Source: an uncultured Actinomycetes bacterium (GTDB taxonomy: Bacteria > Actinomycetota > Thermoleophilia > UBA2241). From it: a DNA stretch of 64,000 bases. Below are positions 28,604 to 39,936 of this stretch, piece by piece. Under the pieces are notes generated by a model. It was not told the origin of the DNA and ran no database searches. It worked only from the letters and a program-made list of their open reading frames with translations. The stretch spans positions 64,001 to 128,000 of the forward strand of contig CAVPVX010000004.1 in assembly GCA_963709345.1 (NCBI GenBank). The letters are read 5' to 3'. The position numbers and the translations under genes were made by a program. The stretch's first letter is position 1. Each line of letters opens with the position of its first letter.

Positions 28604-30595
28604 TCACGACGCCTCGTCGAGCGCCTCCTCGAACTGGCTGGCGTAGAGGTCGTGGTAGAAGCCGCGCGCAGCCATCAACTCCTCGTGGCTACCCTGTTCG
28701 ATGATCGCACCCTTGTCCATCACCAGGATCGTGTCGGCACCGCGGATCGTGGACAGCCTGTGCGCGATCACAAAGCTGGTACGGCCTCGCATCAGCTCGG
28801 CCATCGCCTCCTGGATCAGCACCTCGGTGCGCGTGTCGACCGAGCTGGTGGCCTCGTCGAGGATGAGGATGTCGGGGTCGGCGAGGAAGGCCCGGGCGAT
28901 GGTGAGCAGTTGCTTCTCACCTTGGGAGACGTTCGTCGCGTCGTCGTCGAGCACCGTGTCGTAGCCGTCGGGAAGCGTGCGTGCGAAGTGGTCCACGCGG
29001 GCGGCCTGGGCTGCAGCGCAGACCTCTGCCTCACTCGCTCCTTCGCGGCCGTAGGCGATGTTGTCGCGGATCGTGCCGCTGAACAGCCAGGCGTCCTGCA
29101 GGACCATCCCGAAGAGGCGGCGCAGGTCGCCGCGCGCCATCTGACGTGTGTCGATGCCGTCGACGAGGATGCGGCCGTGGTCCAGTTCGTAGAAGCGGAG
29201 CAGCAGGTTGACGAGCGTGGTCTTGCCGGCGCCGGTAGGACCGACGATGGCGACCGTCTCTCCGGGCCGGACGTCGAGCGTCAGGTCCTGGATCAGCGGC
29301 GCGTCCGGCAGGTAGCGGAACGACACGTCCTCGAAGGTGATGTGACCGCGGGTCTGGGCGATCTGCGCCGGCTCCTCGGCGTCGGGCTTCTCCTCGGGCT
29401 CGTCGAGGAGCTCGAAGACGCGCTCGGCCGACGCGGCCGTGCTCTGCAGCACGTTCATGATGCTGGCTGTCTGTGTGATCGGCATCGTGAACATCCGGGA
29501 GTACTGGATGAACGCCTGCACATCGCCGAGGGAGATGCGGCCGTTGGCCACCATGAGCCCGCCGACGACGGCGATCGCCACGTAGCTCAGGTTGGTCACG
29601 AAGGTCATCACCGGCATGATCATCCCGGAGATGAACTGCGCCTTGAAGCTCGCCTCGTAGAGCTTCTCGTTCTGCTCGTCGAACGTGGCGATGGCCTCCT
29701 TCTGGTGACCGAAGACCTTGACCACGTTGTGGCCGGTGAACATCTCCTCCACATGCCCGTTCAGATCGCCTGTGCTCTCCCACTGGGCGGCGAACTGCTT
29801 CTGCGACCGCTTGGCGATGATCACGGTGAGCAGCACGGAGAGCGGTACCGCGAGCAGCGAGATGACCGCGAGGATCCAGCTGATCGACAGCATCATGGCG
29901 AGCACGCCGATGATGGTGAGCACGGCGGTGATGAGCTGTGTGAGGCTCTGCTGAAGTGACTGCGAGATGTTGTCGATGTCGTTGGTCACCCGGCTCAGGA
30001 CGTCGCCGCGGGGGTGGTCGTCGAAGTAGCGCAGGGGGAGGCGGGCGAGCTTCTCGTCGGCCGCCCGCCGCATCCCGTAGACGGTACGCTGCGCCACGCC
30101 CGCCATGATGTACTGCTGCAGCCAGCTGAAGGCGGCGCTCAGCAGGTACACGGCGACGAGAAGGAGCAGGGTGCGGCCGAGCGCGCCGAAGTCCACGCCC
30201 TGGCCAGGGTTGATGTTCATGCTCGACAGCATGTCGGCCTGCGTGTCCTGTCCCTTCGCCCTGAGGGCGGCGACGGCCTGGGCTTGCGTCGTCCCGGCGG
30301 GGATCTGCGTGCTCACCACCCCGTCGAACAGGATGTTGGTGGCGTTGCCCAGGATCCTGGGGCCGACGACCATGAAGGCCACGCTGATCACGGCCAGCAC
30401 GAGGACGACGGCGATGAGCAGACGCTCTCTGCGCAGCAGGCCGCCGAGACGCCGGAGCGCGCCGCTCAGGTCTTTGGGCTTGGCGGCCGGCATGACGAGC
30501 GCGTGGCCGCCGGGTCCGCCGGGGCCGGGCCCGCCCGGGCCTCGCCCGGGCCCACCCGGCCTGCCCGCCGGCGTCTGTCGGGGCTGCGTGCTCAT
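28604..30595 (-). CDS. ABC exporter ATP-binding/permease subunit (consensus site)
   Basis: GPTGAGKT, VSQGEKQ, ILDEATS, AHRLST. Confidence 0.95.
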   Translation of the reverse strand: MSTQPRQTPAGRPGGPGRGPGGPGPGGPGGHALVMPAAKPKDLSGALRRLGGLLRRERLLIAVVLVLAVISVAFMVVGPRILGNATNILFDGVVSTQIPAGTTQAQAVAALRAKGQDTQADMLSSMNINPGQGVDFGALGRTLLLLVAVYLLSAAFSWLQQYIMAGVAQRTVYGMRRAADEKLARLPLRYFDDHPRGDVLSRVTNDIDNISQSLQQSLTQLITAVLTIIGVLAMMLSISWILAVISLLAVPLSVLLTVIIAKRSQKQFAAQWESTGDLNGHVEEMFTGHNVVKVFGHQKEAIATFDEQNEKLYEASFKAQFISGMIMPVMTFVTNLSYVAIAVVGGLMVANGRISLGDVQAFIQYSRMFTMPITQTASIMNVLQSTAASAERVFELLDEPEEKPDAEEPAQIAQTRGHITFEDVSFRYLPDAPLIQDLTLDVRPGETVAIVGPTGAGKTTLVNLLLRFYELDHGRILVDGIDTRQMARGDLRRLFGMVLQDAWLFSGTIRDNIAYGREGASEAEVCAAAQAARVDHFARTLPDGYDTVLDDDATNVSQGEKQLLTIARAFLADPDILILDEATSSVDTRTEVLIQEAMAELMRGRTSFVIAHRLSTIRGADTILVMDKGAIIEQGSHEELMAARGFYHDLYASQFEEALDEAS

Positions 30596-32322
30596 GCCAC
30601 CTCCCCTTCGCCGAGCTGGGAGGCAACGATCTCGCGGTAGGTCTCGCTGGTGCGGAGGAGCTCCGCGTGGGTGCCCATGCCCGCGATGGAGCCGTCCTCG
30701 AGCACGATGATGCGGTCGGCGTGCATGATCGTCCCCACCCGCTGGGCGACGATGATCACGGTGGCGTCGGCGGTCTCACGTTTGAGCGCGGCGCGCAGGC
30801 GCGCGTCGGTGGTGAAGTCCAGCGCGGAGAAGCTGTCGTCGAAGATGTGGATCTTCGCCCCCTTGACGAGCGCCCGCGCGATCGCGAGACGCTGGCGCTG
30901 TCCGCCGGAGACGTTGGCGCCGCCTTGGGAGACGGGCGCCTCGAGTCCTTCCGGCATCTCGGCCACGAACTCCCGGCCCTGCGCCACCTCGAGGTAACGC
31001 CAGAGCTGCTCGTCGTCGGCCTGGTCGTCGCCGTAGCGCAGGTTGTCGGCCACGGTGCCGTTGAAGAGGAAGGCCTTCTGCGGCACGAGTCCGATGCGGC
31101 TCCACAGGTCCTGCTGCGCCATCTCGCGGACGTCGACGCCGTCGACGAGGACGCGCCCGCCGGTCACATCGTAGAACCGCGGGATGAGGCTGATGAGTGT
31201 CGTCTTGCCGCTGCCGGTACTGCCGACGATCGCCGTGACCTCGCCGGGCGCCGCCGTGAAGCTGATGCCGCTGAGCACCGGGTCCTCGGCGCCGGGGTAG
31301 CGGAACTCGACATCCTCGAACACGACCTCGCCGCGGCGGCCGGTGTCGGCGGCCGGCGTCTCCGGGTCGACGACCGTCGAGTCGGTGTCGAGCACCTCCT
31401 GGATGCGCGCCGCCGAGGCCGCGGCCCGCGGCACCATGACGAGCATGATCGTCGCCATGAGCACGGCCATGAGGATCTGCACGATGTAGGTGAGAAAGGC
31501 GGTGAGGTCGCCGATGGGCATGCCATCGTCGGCGACCTGGATGCTGCCGAACCACATGATCGCCACCGTCGACAGGTTGAGGATGGCCGTGAGGGTCGGG
31601 ATCATCAGCGCGAACAGCCGGTTGACCCGGAGAGTGGTGTCGGTGAGGTCGAGGTTCGCCGTGTCGAAGCGCTCTTCTTCGTACTTGGTGCGCACGAAGG
31701 CGCGGATCACGCGTACGCCGCTCAGCATCTCGCGGGTGACCTGATTGATGCGGTCGATCTTCTTCTGCATGGAGATGAACAGCGGGAGCGCGCTCCGCAG
31801 GACGAGGCCGATGAACACGGCCATGACCGGGATCGAGACCAGGATGACGGCGCTGAGCGGGACGTTCAGGCGCAGCGCCATGATGATGCCGCCGATCGCC
31901 ATCATGGGCGCCGAGATGACCACGTTGAGCATCATGAGGACGACCATCTGGACCTGCTGCACGTCGTTGGTCGTGCGCGTGATCAGCGAGGGGGTGCCGA
32001 AGTGGTTCACCTCGGCCTGGGAGAAGCTCTGGACGCGGCGGAAGAGCCCGCCGCGCACATCGCGCCCGAAGCCCATCGCGATCCTGGACCCCCAGTAGAC
32101 GGCGATGATCGCTGCGATCACGAACACCAGCGTCACGCCGAGCATGAGCGCGCCGATCCTGATGATGTAGGCGGTGTCGCCGGTGATGACACCGTTGTTG
32201 ATGATGTCGGCGTTGAGCGTCGGGAGATAGAGGTTGGCGATGGCCTGCGCGAGAAGCAGCACGAGGACGACGAGGATCTGGCGCCAGTACGGCCGCAGCC
32301 CGCCGCGCAGGAGGCGGATCAT
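30592..32322 (-). CDS. ABC exporter ATP-binding/permease subunit (degenerate site)
   Basis: GSTGSGKT, VSGGQRQ, IFDDSFS, AQRV. Confidence 0.95.
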   Translation of the reverse strand: MIRLLRGGLRPYWRQILVVLVLLLAQAIANLYLPTLNADIINNGVITGDTAYIIRIGALMLGVTLVFVIAAIIAVYWGSRIAMGFGRDVRGGLFRRVQSFSQAEVNHFGTPSLITRTTNDVQQVQMVVLMMLNVVISAPMMAIGGIIMALRLNVPLSAVILVSIPVMAVFIGLVLRSALPLFISMQKKIDRINQVTREMLSGVRVIRAFVRTKYEEERFDTANLDLTDTTLRVNRLFALMIPTLTAILNLSTVAIMWFGSIQVADDGMPIGDLTAFLTYIVQILMAVLMATIMLVMVPRAAASAARIQEVLDTDSTVVDPETPAADTGRRGEVVFEDVEFRYPGAEDPVLSGISFTAAPGEVTAIVGSTGSGKTTLISLIPRFYDVTGGRVLVDGVDVREMAQQDLWSRIGLVPQKAFLFNGTVADNLRYGDDQADDEQLWRYLEVAQGREFVAEMPEGLEAPVSQGGANVSGGQRQRLAIARALVKGAKIHIFDDSFSALDFTTDARLRAALKRETADATVIIVAQRVGTIMHADRIIVLEDGSIAGMGTHAELLRTSETYREIVASQLGEGEVA

Positions 32323-32855
32323 CGCGGTCTCTCCGCGACCGGCGTTGCTGCCCCGCCTTGTGCGGCCGTGCGCTCGGCGGCGGCGCGCTCGATGCTCGCG
32401 CCCAGCGCCTCGAGGAGCCGGATGAGCTCCCTGCGGTCGTCGGCCGGCAGGGTGGCGATCGTGGCGTTGACGTACCGGGCCGCGCCGGCGCGCATCTGCT
32501 TCTCCTCGGCGCGCCCGGCCTCGGTGAGCTCGACCCGCGTGAGCCGCTGGTCGACGTCGTCGGGGCGCCGCGTCACGAGCCCCGCCTTCTCCATGGAGTG
32601 CAACATCTTGGTCACCGTCGGCCGCGCCACGTGCAGCGCCTCGGCGAGGTCGCGCTGGGTGATGCCTTCATTGGTGGCGAGCAATCGCAGACACATCGCC
32701 TGACCGGGATGGACGCCGCGATCGGCAAACGCCTGCATCATCAGCCGCTGGTGCAGGCGAAGCGTACCCATGAAGGTGCGGAAGGCCTGCGAGGAGAGGT
32801 CATCGACTCCTTCGAGCCTGTCGGGTGGCGCTATCAGGTGGTGGTGCGGCGGCAC
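32319..32855 (-). CDS. MarR family regulator
   Basis: ITQRDLAEALHVARPTVTKML..LVTRRPDDVDQR..LTEAG; GTG start after GAAGGA. Confidence 0.9.
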   Translation of the reverse strand: MPPHHHLIAPPDRLEGVDDLSSQAFRTFMGTLRLHQRLMMQAFADRGVHPGQAMCLRLLATNEGITQRDLAEALHVARPTVTKMLHSMEKAGLVTRRPDDVDQRLTRVELTEAGRAEEKQMRAGAARYVNATIATLPADDRRELIRLLEALGASIERAAAERTAAQGGAATPVAERPR

Positions 32856-32888
32856 GGGTCCTTCGGTCGTCGAACTCGGCGTCGGAAA

Positions 32889-32919
32889 GGTTAGCAGGCA
32901 AACGATTAGCCTGCAAACC
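32889..32919. promoter_or_regulatory. Inverted repeat, putative MarR operator
   Basis: GGTTAGCAGGC-N9-GCCTGCAAACC with one mismatch, upstream of marR. Confidence 0.65.
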
Positions 32920-32932
32920 AAGTTCGTGCGTC

Positions 32933-33196
32933 ATGGAGCCCGTCGGCAGGCGGCTGCGGGTCGTCGTCAGAGACGCGGGTCCGGGCATCGACTTCCGGCC
33001 TCTCCCGAGGGCTACGCTGGTCTCCGGTTTCTCCACCGTGTCCAGCCTGGGCTTGGGATTCACGATCGTGCCGCAGACGTGCGAGCGCCTCCTGCTCAGC
33101 ACGCGGCCGGGTCGTACCGTGGTGCTGCTCGAGTTCGCGCCTCAGTCGCCGGAGGCGGTGACCTCGTCCACGAAGGCGGAGAACGCGTCGAGGTAG
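32933..33196 (+). pseudogene. RsbT-like anti-sigma/HATPase C-terminal fragment
   Basis: LRVVVRDAGPGIDF..RATLVSGFSTVSSLGLGF..LLLSTRPGRTVVLLE; N box missing. Confidence 0.6.
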
Positions 33197-34506
33197 GCCG
33201 TGACGTCGTCGCCGGTCGCGGCCACCGACATGGCGGGCCCGGCGGTGCTGATCGCCTCCCAGACGCCGCGATTGGCAAGATAGAGGCGCAGCAGGGCGTT
33301 GAGCTCGGGCTGTTCGTCGTCGTCGGCCTCGGCCGCATCGCGTGCGAGACGGCCGCTGAAGTCCACGCCGGAGCGTGGGTAAAGGCGCTGCACCTGCCAC
33401 GGGAGACCCGCCCCGGCGACGATCGCCTCGAGGCCGTCGGCCAGCCGCGCGCCGAGTGCGGCCGCGTGCGCGTACGCCTCAGGCGTGAGCACCTCGACCA
33501 GCGCGGCGCGCGCCGCCGCCATGCTCAGGGCGTTGCCGAAGAGCGTGCCGCCGGTCGCCAGCTCGCCGGGCTCTCCTTCGAGGCTCTCGGCGCGCTCGAA
33601 CGTGGTCGCGAGCGCGGCGGTCATGCCGTAGGCGCCGAGCGGCAGGCCGCCCCCTATCGCCTTGCCGACGACGACCACGTCGGGTTCGAGGGCCCACTCG
33701 CGCGTGAGGCCGCCGGGACCGCAGATCAGCGTGTGCGTTTCGTCGAGCACCAGCAGCGTCCCGGTCTGACCGGCGAGCCGTCGCAGTTCGGCGTGGAATC
33801 CGGGCTCGGGCAGGACGACGCCTTCGTTGGTCAGTGCCGGCTCGGTGAGCACGCAGGAGTAGAGCCCCGTCGTCAGGGCGTGCTCCAGCGCCTCGACGTC
33901 GTTGAACTGCACGACGTCGATATCGCGGTCGGCGGTGGGCGCCAGGCCGAGATACGAGAGCTTGCGGCGGTCGGAATACGCCGCGAGGAGCTCGTCGCCG
34001 TGCCCGCCGTAGTTGCCGACGAAGCTGAGCACCTTGCGGCGTCCGGTCGCGTGCCTCGCCAGGCGCAACGCCTCGGTGTTGGCTTGCGACGCCGAGAGCG
34101 TGAACTGCCAGGCGGGAAGACCCCAGCGGCGCGCAAGCTCCTCGGCGACGATGATGGAGTCTTCGGTCGGCAGCATGAACTGGGCGCCGGCGGCGACGCG
34201 CCGCTGGACGGCGCGTACGACAGGCTCCGGGTCGATGCCGCAGAAGGTGCTCTTGTCGCCGACGTTGGTGTCGAGGAAGCGGCGCCCGTCGGCGCAGGTG
34301 AAGTGGGCGCCGTGGCCTTCGGCGACCCAGACCGGCGGATGCGCGAAGTAGCTGACCATCCAGCTCATCGGCACGCCGTGGGGCATGCCCGGCCGGGCGC
34401 GCTCGCGCAGTTCGAGGCAGCGCGGGTGCTCGCGCGCATAGCGCTCCATCTCGCGTCGCCACAGCTCGGCGACCCGTCCCACATCTACCCCGGCCCGTTC
34501 GTCCAT
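33142..34506 (-). CDS. Class III aminotransferase (GSA aminomutase-like)
   Basis: LDETHT, VGKAIGGGLPLGAYG, TGGTLFGN. Confidence 0.9.
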   Translation of the reverse strand: MDERAGVDVGRVAELWRREMERYAREHPRCLELRERARPGMPHGVPMSWMVSYFAHPPVWVAEGHGAHFTCADGRRFLDTNVGDKSTFCGIDPEPVVRAVQRRVAAGAQFMLPTEDSIIVAEELARRWGLPAWQFTLSASQANTEALRLARHATGRRKVLSFVGNYGGHGDELLAAYSDRRKLSYLGLAPTADRDIDVVQFNDVEALEHALTTGLYSCVLTEPALTNEGVVLPEPGFHAELRRLAGQTGTLLVLDETHTLICGPGGLTREWALEPDVVVVGKAIGGGLPLGAYGMTAALATTFERAESLEGEPGELATGGTLFGNALSMAAARAALVEVLTPEAYAHAAALGARLADGLEAIVAGAGLPWQVQRLYPRSGVDFSGRLARDAAEADDDEQPELNALLRLYLANRGVWEAISTAGPAMSVAATGDDVTAYLDAFSAFVDEVTASGD

Positions 34507-34572
34507 GGCAGGGAGGATAGCAGCCGGGGCGGGGTGACTTTCGAGCCGAGCGGCGGCCGCAGCGCTCCGCGT

Positions 34573-36381
34573 TCAATCGCTGAAGGTGAAACCCCGTTCT
34601 CGAGCGACGGCCAGGCAGGCTGCCACCACGTCCTCGTCGTAGAGCCTGCCTGCGCCCTCCTCGATCTCGGCGAGCGCTGCGTCGGTGCCCCTCGAGGCGC
34701 GGTAGGGACGGTGCGACGACATCGCCTCGACGACGTCTGCCACCGTGAGGATGCGCGCCTCGGGCATGATGGCCGCCGCCTCAAGCCCGTTCGGGTAGCC
34801 GGAGCCGTCGAGCCGCTCGTGGTGCTGAAGGACGATCTCGGCGATCGGCCGTTCGAAGCTGACCCCGGCGAGGATGTCGTGCCCGGCCTGGGAGTGCTGC
34901 TTGATCAGGCTGAACTCGGCCTCGCTCAGCCGGCCGGGCTTGGTGAGGATCTCGGCCGGCACGGCGATCTTGCCGATGTCGTGGATCGTCGCCGCGATGC
35001 GTATGCCCTCGAGGTCCTCGCCATCAAGCCCCAGCTCCCCGGCGATGGCGAGCGCGAGCTCCGCCACACGGCGTTGGTGTCCGGCCGTGTACGGGTCCCG
35101 CGTCTCGACGACCTGGCTCATGGCCAGGACGGTGCCCTCCAGTGACCGGCGCAGGTGCTCCGTCGATTGCCGCAACTGCTCCGTCGTGCGGCGTACCTCC
35201 TCTTCCGCCGCGGCCAGGTCGCTCACGTCGATCGAGAGGCCGCCGACCAGCGGCGGCCCACCCTCTCTGAAGATCGGGAAGAACAGCGAGTGAAGATGCT
35301 CCACCCGCCGCCCGGGGTGCCACGTCTCGAGGATGTCGACGACCTCGCCCGCCAAGGCGCGGCGGAAGGCGTCTGTGGCGACAGTCGCGTCTTCCTCCGG
35401 CCAGAGCTCCTCCGGCGTTCGCCCGATCCATGACTCGGGCGGGATGTCACCCTCGCTCAACTTGCGCTCGTTGGCGAAGACGTAGCGGCCTGCTTCGTCC
35501 AGTATGTACAGGTAGCCCGGCAAATGACGGCCGAAGGCCTCGAACCGCTGCTCGCTTGCGCGCAGGGCGGCCTCGGCGCGGCGCGCCTCAGTCACGTCGC
35601 GCGTGTAGGTGACGACGACGGGGGCGCCTTCCCTCTCGAGGTGGTTCATGGTGATCTCGAGCACGTGCTCCACCCCGCCGGCGTCGATGGAAACGCGCTC
35701 CGTCTGCACCGTGCCCTCGTCGCGCACTTTCCGCCACAGCGCCGCCCACTCCCCAGTGGACTGATCGCGGTCGCGCTCCCAGAGCTTTGCGCCGACGAGC
35801 TCACTCTCCGGGTATCCGGTCAGGGCGAGCGCCGACTCGTTGGCGTACGTTATCGTGCCGTCCTCGAGCGCCATCGTGATGGGGAAGGACGAGTTGTCGA
35901 GGACGAACTGCGATGTGCGCGCTTCTTCGGAGCGCCGGCGCAGATCCCGGCGTGCCGTGGCACCGGCAATAGCGCGCTCGACGGCCGGTGCGAGCCTTGC
36001 CGGGTTGTCCTTGAGCACGTAGTCGACGGCGCCGGCGGTGAGCGTGGCGACGGCCGTCTCCTCGTCGATCGCGCCCGACACGGTGATCAGGGGGGTGTCG
36101 GGCGCCTCCTCGGCGATCATTCGCATCGCCTCGAGCCCGCTGTAGCCCGGGATGTTGTAGTCGACGAGGGCGACGTCCCATGTGGCGCCGGTCAGAGCTT
36201 CGCGCAGATCATCCGCCGTCGAGATCCGCGTCCACTTCACCTCGACACCGTCGGAGCGAAGACGGCGCACGAGGAGCTCGACATCGGTGTCGCTGTCGTC
36301 AACGAAGAGCACGCGCGCCCGCACACCGCCCCCAAGTCCTCGGTGACTGGTTCTTGCCCGCACATCGGGTTGTCGATACAT
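34573..36381 (-). CDS. REC-PAS-PAS-HD-GYP cyclic-dinucleotide phosphodiesterase
   Basis: N-terminal REC domain; RDPYTAGHQRRV, HDIGK, HHERLDGSGYP, SHRPYR. Confidence 0.92.
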   Translation of the reverse strand: MYRQPDVRARTSHRGLGGGVRARVLFVDDSDTDVELLVRRLRSDGVEVKWTRISTADDLREALTGATWDVALVDYNIPGYSGLEAMRMIAEEAPDTPLITVSGAIDEETAVATLTAGAVDYVLKDNPARLAPAVERAIAGATARRDLRRRSEEARTSQFVLDNSSFPITMALEDGTITYANESALALTGYPESELVGAKLWERDRDQSTGEWAALWRKVRDEGTVQTERVSIDAGGVEHVLEITMNHLEREGAPVVVTYTRDVTEARRAEAALRASEQRFEAFGRHLPGYLYILDEAGRYVFANERKLSEGDIPPESWIGRTPEELWPEEDATVATDAFRRALAGEVVDILETWHPGRRVEHLHSLFFPIFREGGPPLVGGLSIDVSDLAAAEEEVRRTTEQLRQSTEHLRRSLEGTVLAMSQVVETRDPYTAGHQRRVAELALAIAGELGLDGEDLEGIRIAATIHDIGKIAVPAEILTKPGRLSEAEFSLIKQHSQAGHDILAGVSFERPIAEIVLQHHERLDGSGYPNGLEAAAIMPEARILTVADVVEAMSSHRPYRASRGTDAALAEIEEGAGRLYDEDVVAACLAVARERGFTFSD

Positions 36382-36551
36382 GGCGCGCCGGCAGTCGCGG
36401 TGGGCATGGGTACGCGAACTGCCGGCGGGAACCTCGCGTGTCGCCGCCCCGGCGGCCCGGATGCCGGTCGCGCCGGCGCAACGGCAGAGCGGCGTGATTC
36501 CCTGAGATACTTCGGAGCGCGATCCGTTCTGCCGAGTGCGGAGGTGAGGCG

Positions 36552-37592
36552 ATGCGACGCGTCGACCTGCTCATGAGCATCCCCGAAGCGTCGCGACTGT
36601 CCCCCCGCCGGTACCTGGCGGCTCGCGGTGTCCTGCTGGCCGCAGCGCTCGTCCTGATCGCAGGCCTGCTGCTCGTCGCCGTTCTCGTCGCCTGCGGTGG
36701 TACTCCGGCCGCCGTAGACTCGCCGGGCGCCGGTGCGGGCCCGTCGTCCGCGGCGGCATCCGGCCCGCCGGCGGCTTCGGCGAAGGCATCGCCGGTCTCC
36801 GGCGGCGTGACCGCCGCCGGTCTGCGCCGGCTCTTCCCTCACGAGGACGCCGAGCCGCTCGGGCTGAAGGTCGCCGGTGGGCGTACGGTCGACGGGGTCG
36901 CCGTCCGCGACGTCACGTACGAGGGCTCGGGGGCCAGAGTGACCGGCGTGCTCTCCGTGCCCGCCGGCGACGGGCCGTACCCGGCGGTGCTCTACGCACC
37001 CGGCGTCGGCTGCCCCGCTGCCATGTTCGAGAGCGACATGGCCGCCCTGCAGCGGGCGGGCGTCGCCGCCCTGGCGGTCGACCCGCCCGACGGCCGCGCG
37101 CCCTTCGCCGAGCCGGTCTCGCTCGACCCGGAGACGGTCGCGGCGGCGCACATCCAGTACGTGGGCGACCTGCGCCGCGGCCTCGACGTGCTCGCGTCGC
37201 TGCCCGAGGTCGACCCCGAGCGTCTCGGCTACGTGGGCTACAGCTGGGGCGGCTACGTCGGCGGCTTTCTCGCCGGCTTGCGCGCGCCGACCACGGCCTA
37301 CGTGTTGACGTACGCGGGGGCGGACTGGGTGACCGCCGATCCCACGCTGGGGGGGGGGGGGGATTTCGTGGACCCGGCTGCGGCGGTCAGACTCAGCCGC
37401 GCCGCGGCGTTCCTCTTCCAGGCGGGCGCCGACGACCCACTCTTCTCACGCGTCAGCGTGAGGCGGTACTACCAGTCGGCGCCGGGGCCGAAGGCCCTGC
37501 AGTGGTTCCCCGGCGGTCACGGCGACCTGTGGGCTCAGCCTTCGGGCGCGGCGGTCGAGTCTCACCGCGACTGGCTGAAGACGAATCTCTGA
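36552..37592 (+). CDS. Lipoprotein alpha/beta hydrolase (acetylxylan esterase-like)
   Basis: Lipobox LVAC; GYSWGG; FPGGH; contains a G14 tract. Confidence 0.78.
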   Translation: MRRVDLLMSIPEASRLSPRRYLAARGVLLAAALVLIAGLLLVAVLVACGGTPAAVDSPGAGAGPSSAAASGPPAASAKASPVSGGVTAAGLRRLFPHEDAEPLGLKVAGGRTVDGVAVRDVTYEGSGARVTGVLSVPAGDGPYPAVLYAPGVGCPAAMFESDMAALQRAGVAALAVDPPDGRAPFAEPVSLDPETVAAAHIQYVGDLRRGLDVLASLPEVDPERLGYVGYSWGGYVGGFLAGLRAPTTAYVLTYAGADWVTADPTLGGGGDFVDPAAAVRLSRAAAFLFQAGADDPLFSRVSVRRYYQSAPGPKALQWFPGGHGDLWAQPSGAAVESHRDWLKTNL

Positions 37593-37618
37593 GCCCGGTC
37601 CGGAGCGCTCAGCCCGCT

Positions 37619-37735
37619 TCACCACCACAGGCCCGTCGCGACGCACCATGCCGGTACGGCGAAGGTCACGATCACGAGGACGACGGCGAGCAGGAGGGCC
37701 GGCACCCGGCGAGCTATCCAGTCACGTGAAGTCAT
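37619..37735 (-). CDS. Small single-TM membrane protein (38 aa)
   Basis: GGAGG RBS and upstream TACACT; MTSRDWIARRVPALLLAVVLVIVTFAVPAWCVATGLWW. Confidence 0.45.
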   Translation of the reverse strand: MTSRDWIARRVPALLLAVVLVIVTFAVPAWCVATGLWW

Positions 37736-37847
37736 GAGTCCTCCGCGGGATGACTGACCCTGTAGATGGAGTGTACCCGAGGGGACACATCGTGGGAGGG
37801 CACGCGCCGCCCCAGTCGCGCCGCTCCCCTGTGCTATCCTCGGCGCC

Positions 37848-39548
<1,701 letters not shown>

Positions 39549-39576
39549 CCGCGCCGCCGGGCTGCGGGCGCGACGG

Positions 39577-39605
39577 TTGAGGAGGGTGTCGACTCGGGGT
39601 ACACT
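39577..39605 (+). promoter_or_regulatory. Sigma70-type promoter of tRNA-Gln
   Basis: TTGAGG-N17-TACACT. Confidence 0.7.
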
Positions 39606-39627
39606 CCTGCTGCCCCTCGGGCATCGC

Positions 39628-39703
39628 TGGCGAGTGGCCTAATTGGCAAGGCACCTGACTCTGGATCAGGGGATTGAAGGTTCGAGTCCTTCCTCGCCAG
39701 CCA
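39628..39703 (+). tRNA. tRNA-Gln(CTG)
   Basis: Cloverleaf TGGCGAG/CTCGCCA; anticodon arm CCTGA-CT CTG GA-TCAGG; T-loop TTCGAGT; encoded CCA. Confidence 0.96.
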
Positions 39704-39804
39704 TCCTCTTCCTCTCCTTTCCGCATCTCCGTCGCAGTGCGGCCGCGTGGATTCACGCGGTGCCGCGCGTGGCGCGGCGTGGCCGCGGGAGGAGGCGAGA
39801 GGGG

Positions 39805-39852
39805 TGGTAGCGCATACAGGATTCGAACCCGTGGTACCGCCGTGAGAAGGCG
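39805..39852 (-). repeat. att-like copy of the tRNA-Glu 3' portion (distal island boundary)
   Basis: 45/48 identical to 55544-55591. Confidence 0.92.
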
Positions 39853-39936
39853 CCGGGATGGCCTCCCCAGATCGGCACACAGAGGCCCGGCCCACACGAA
39901 ACCGATCGCGTACCGGGGATTTGGGCTGAAGATGGA

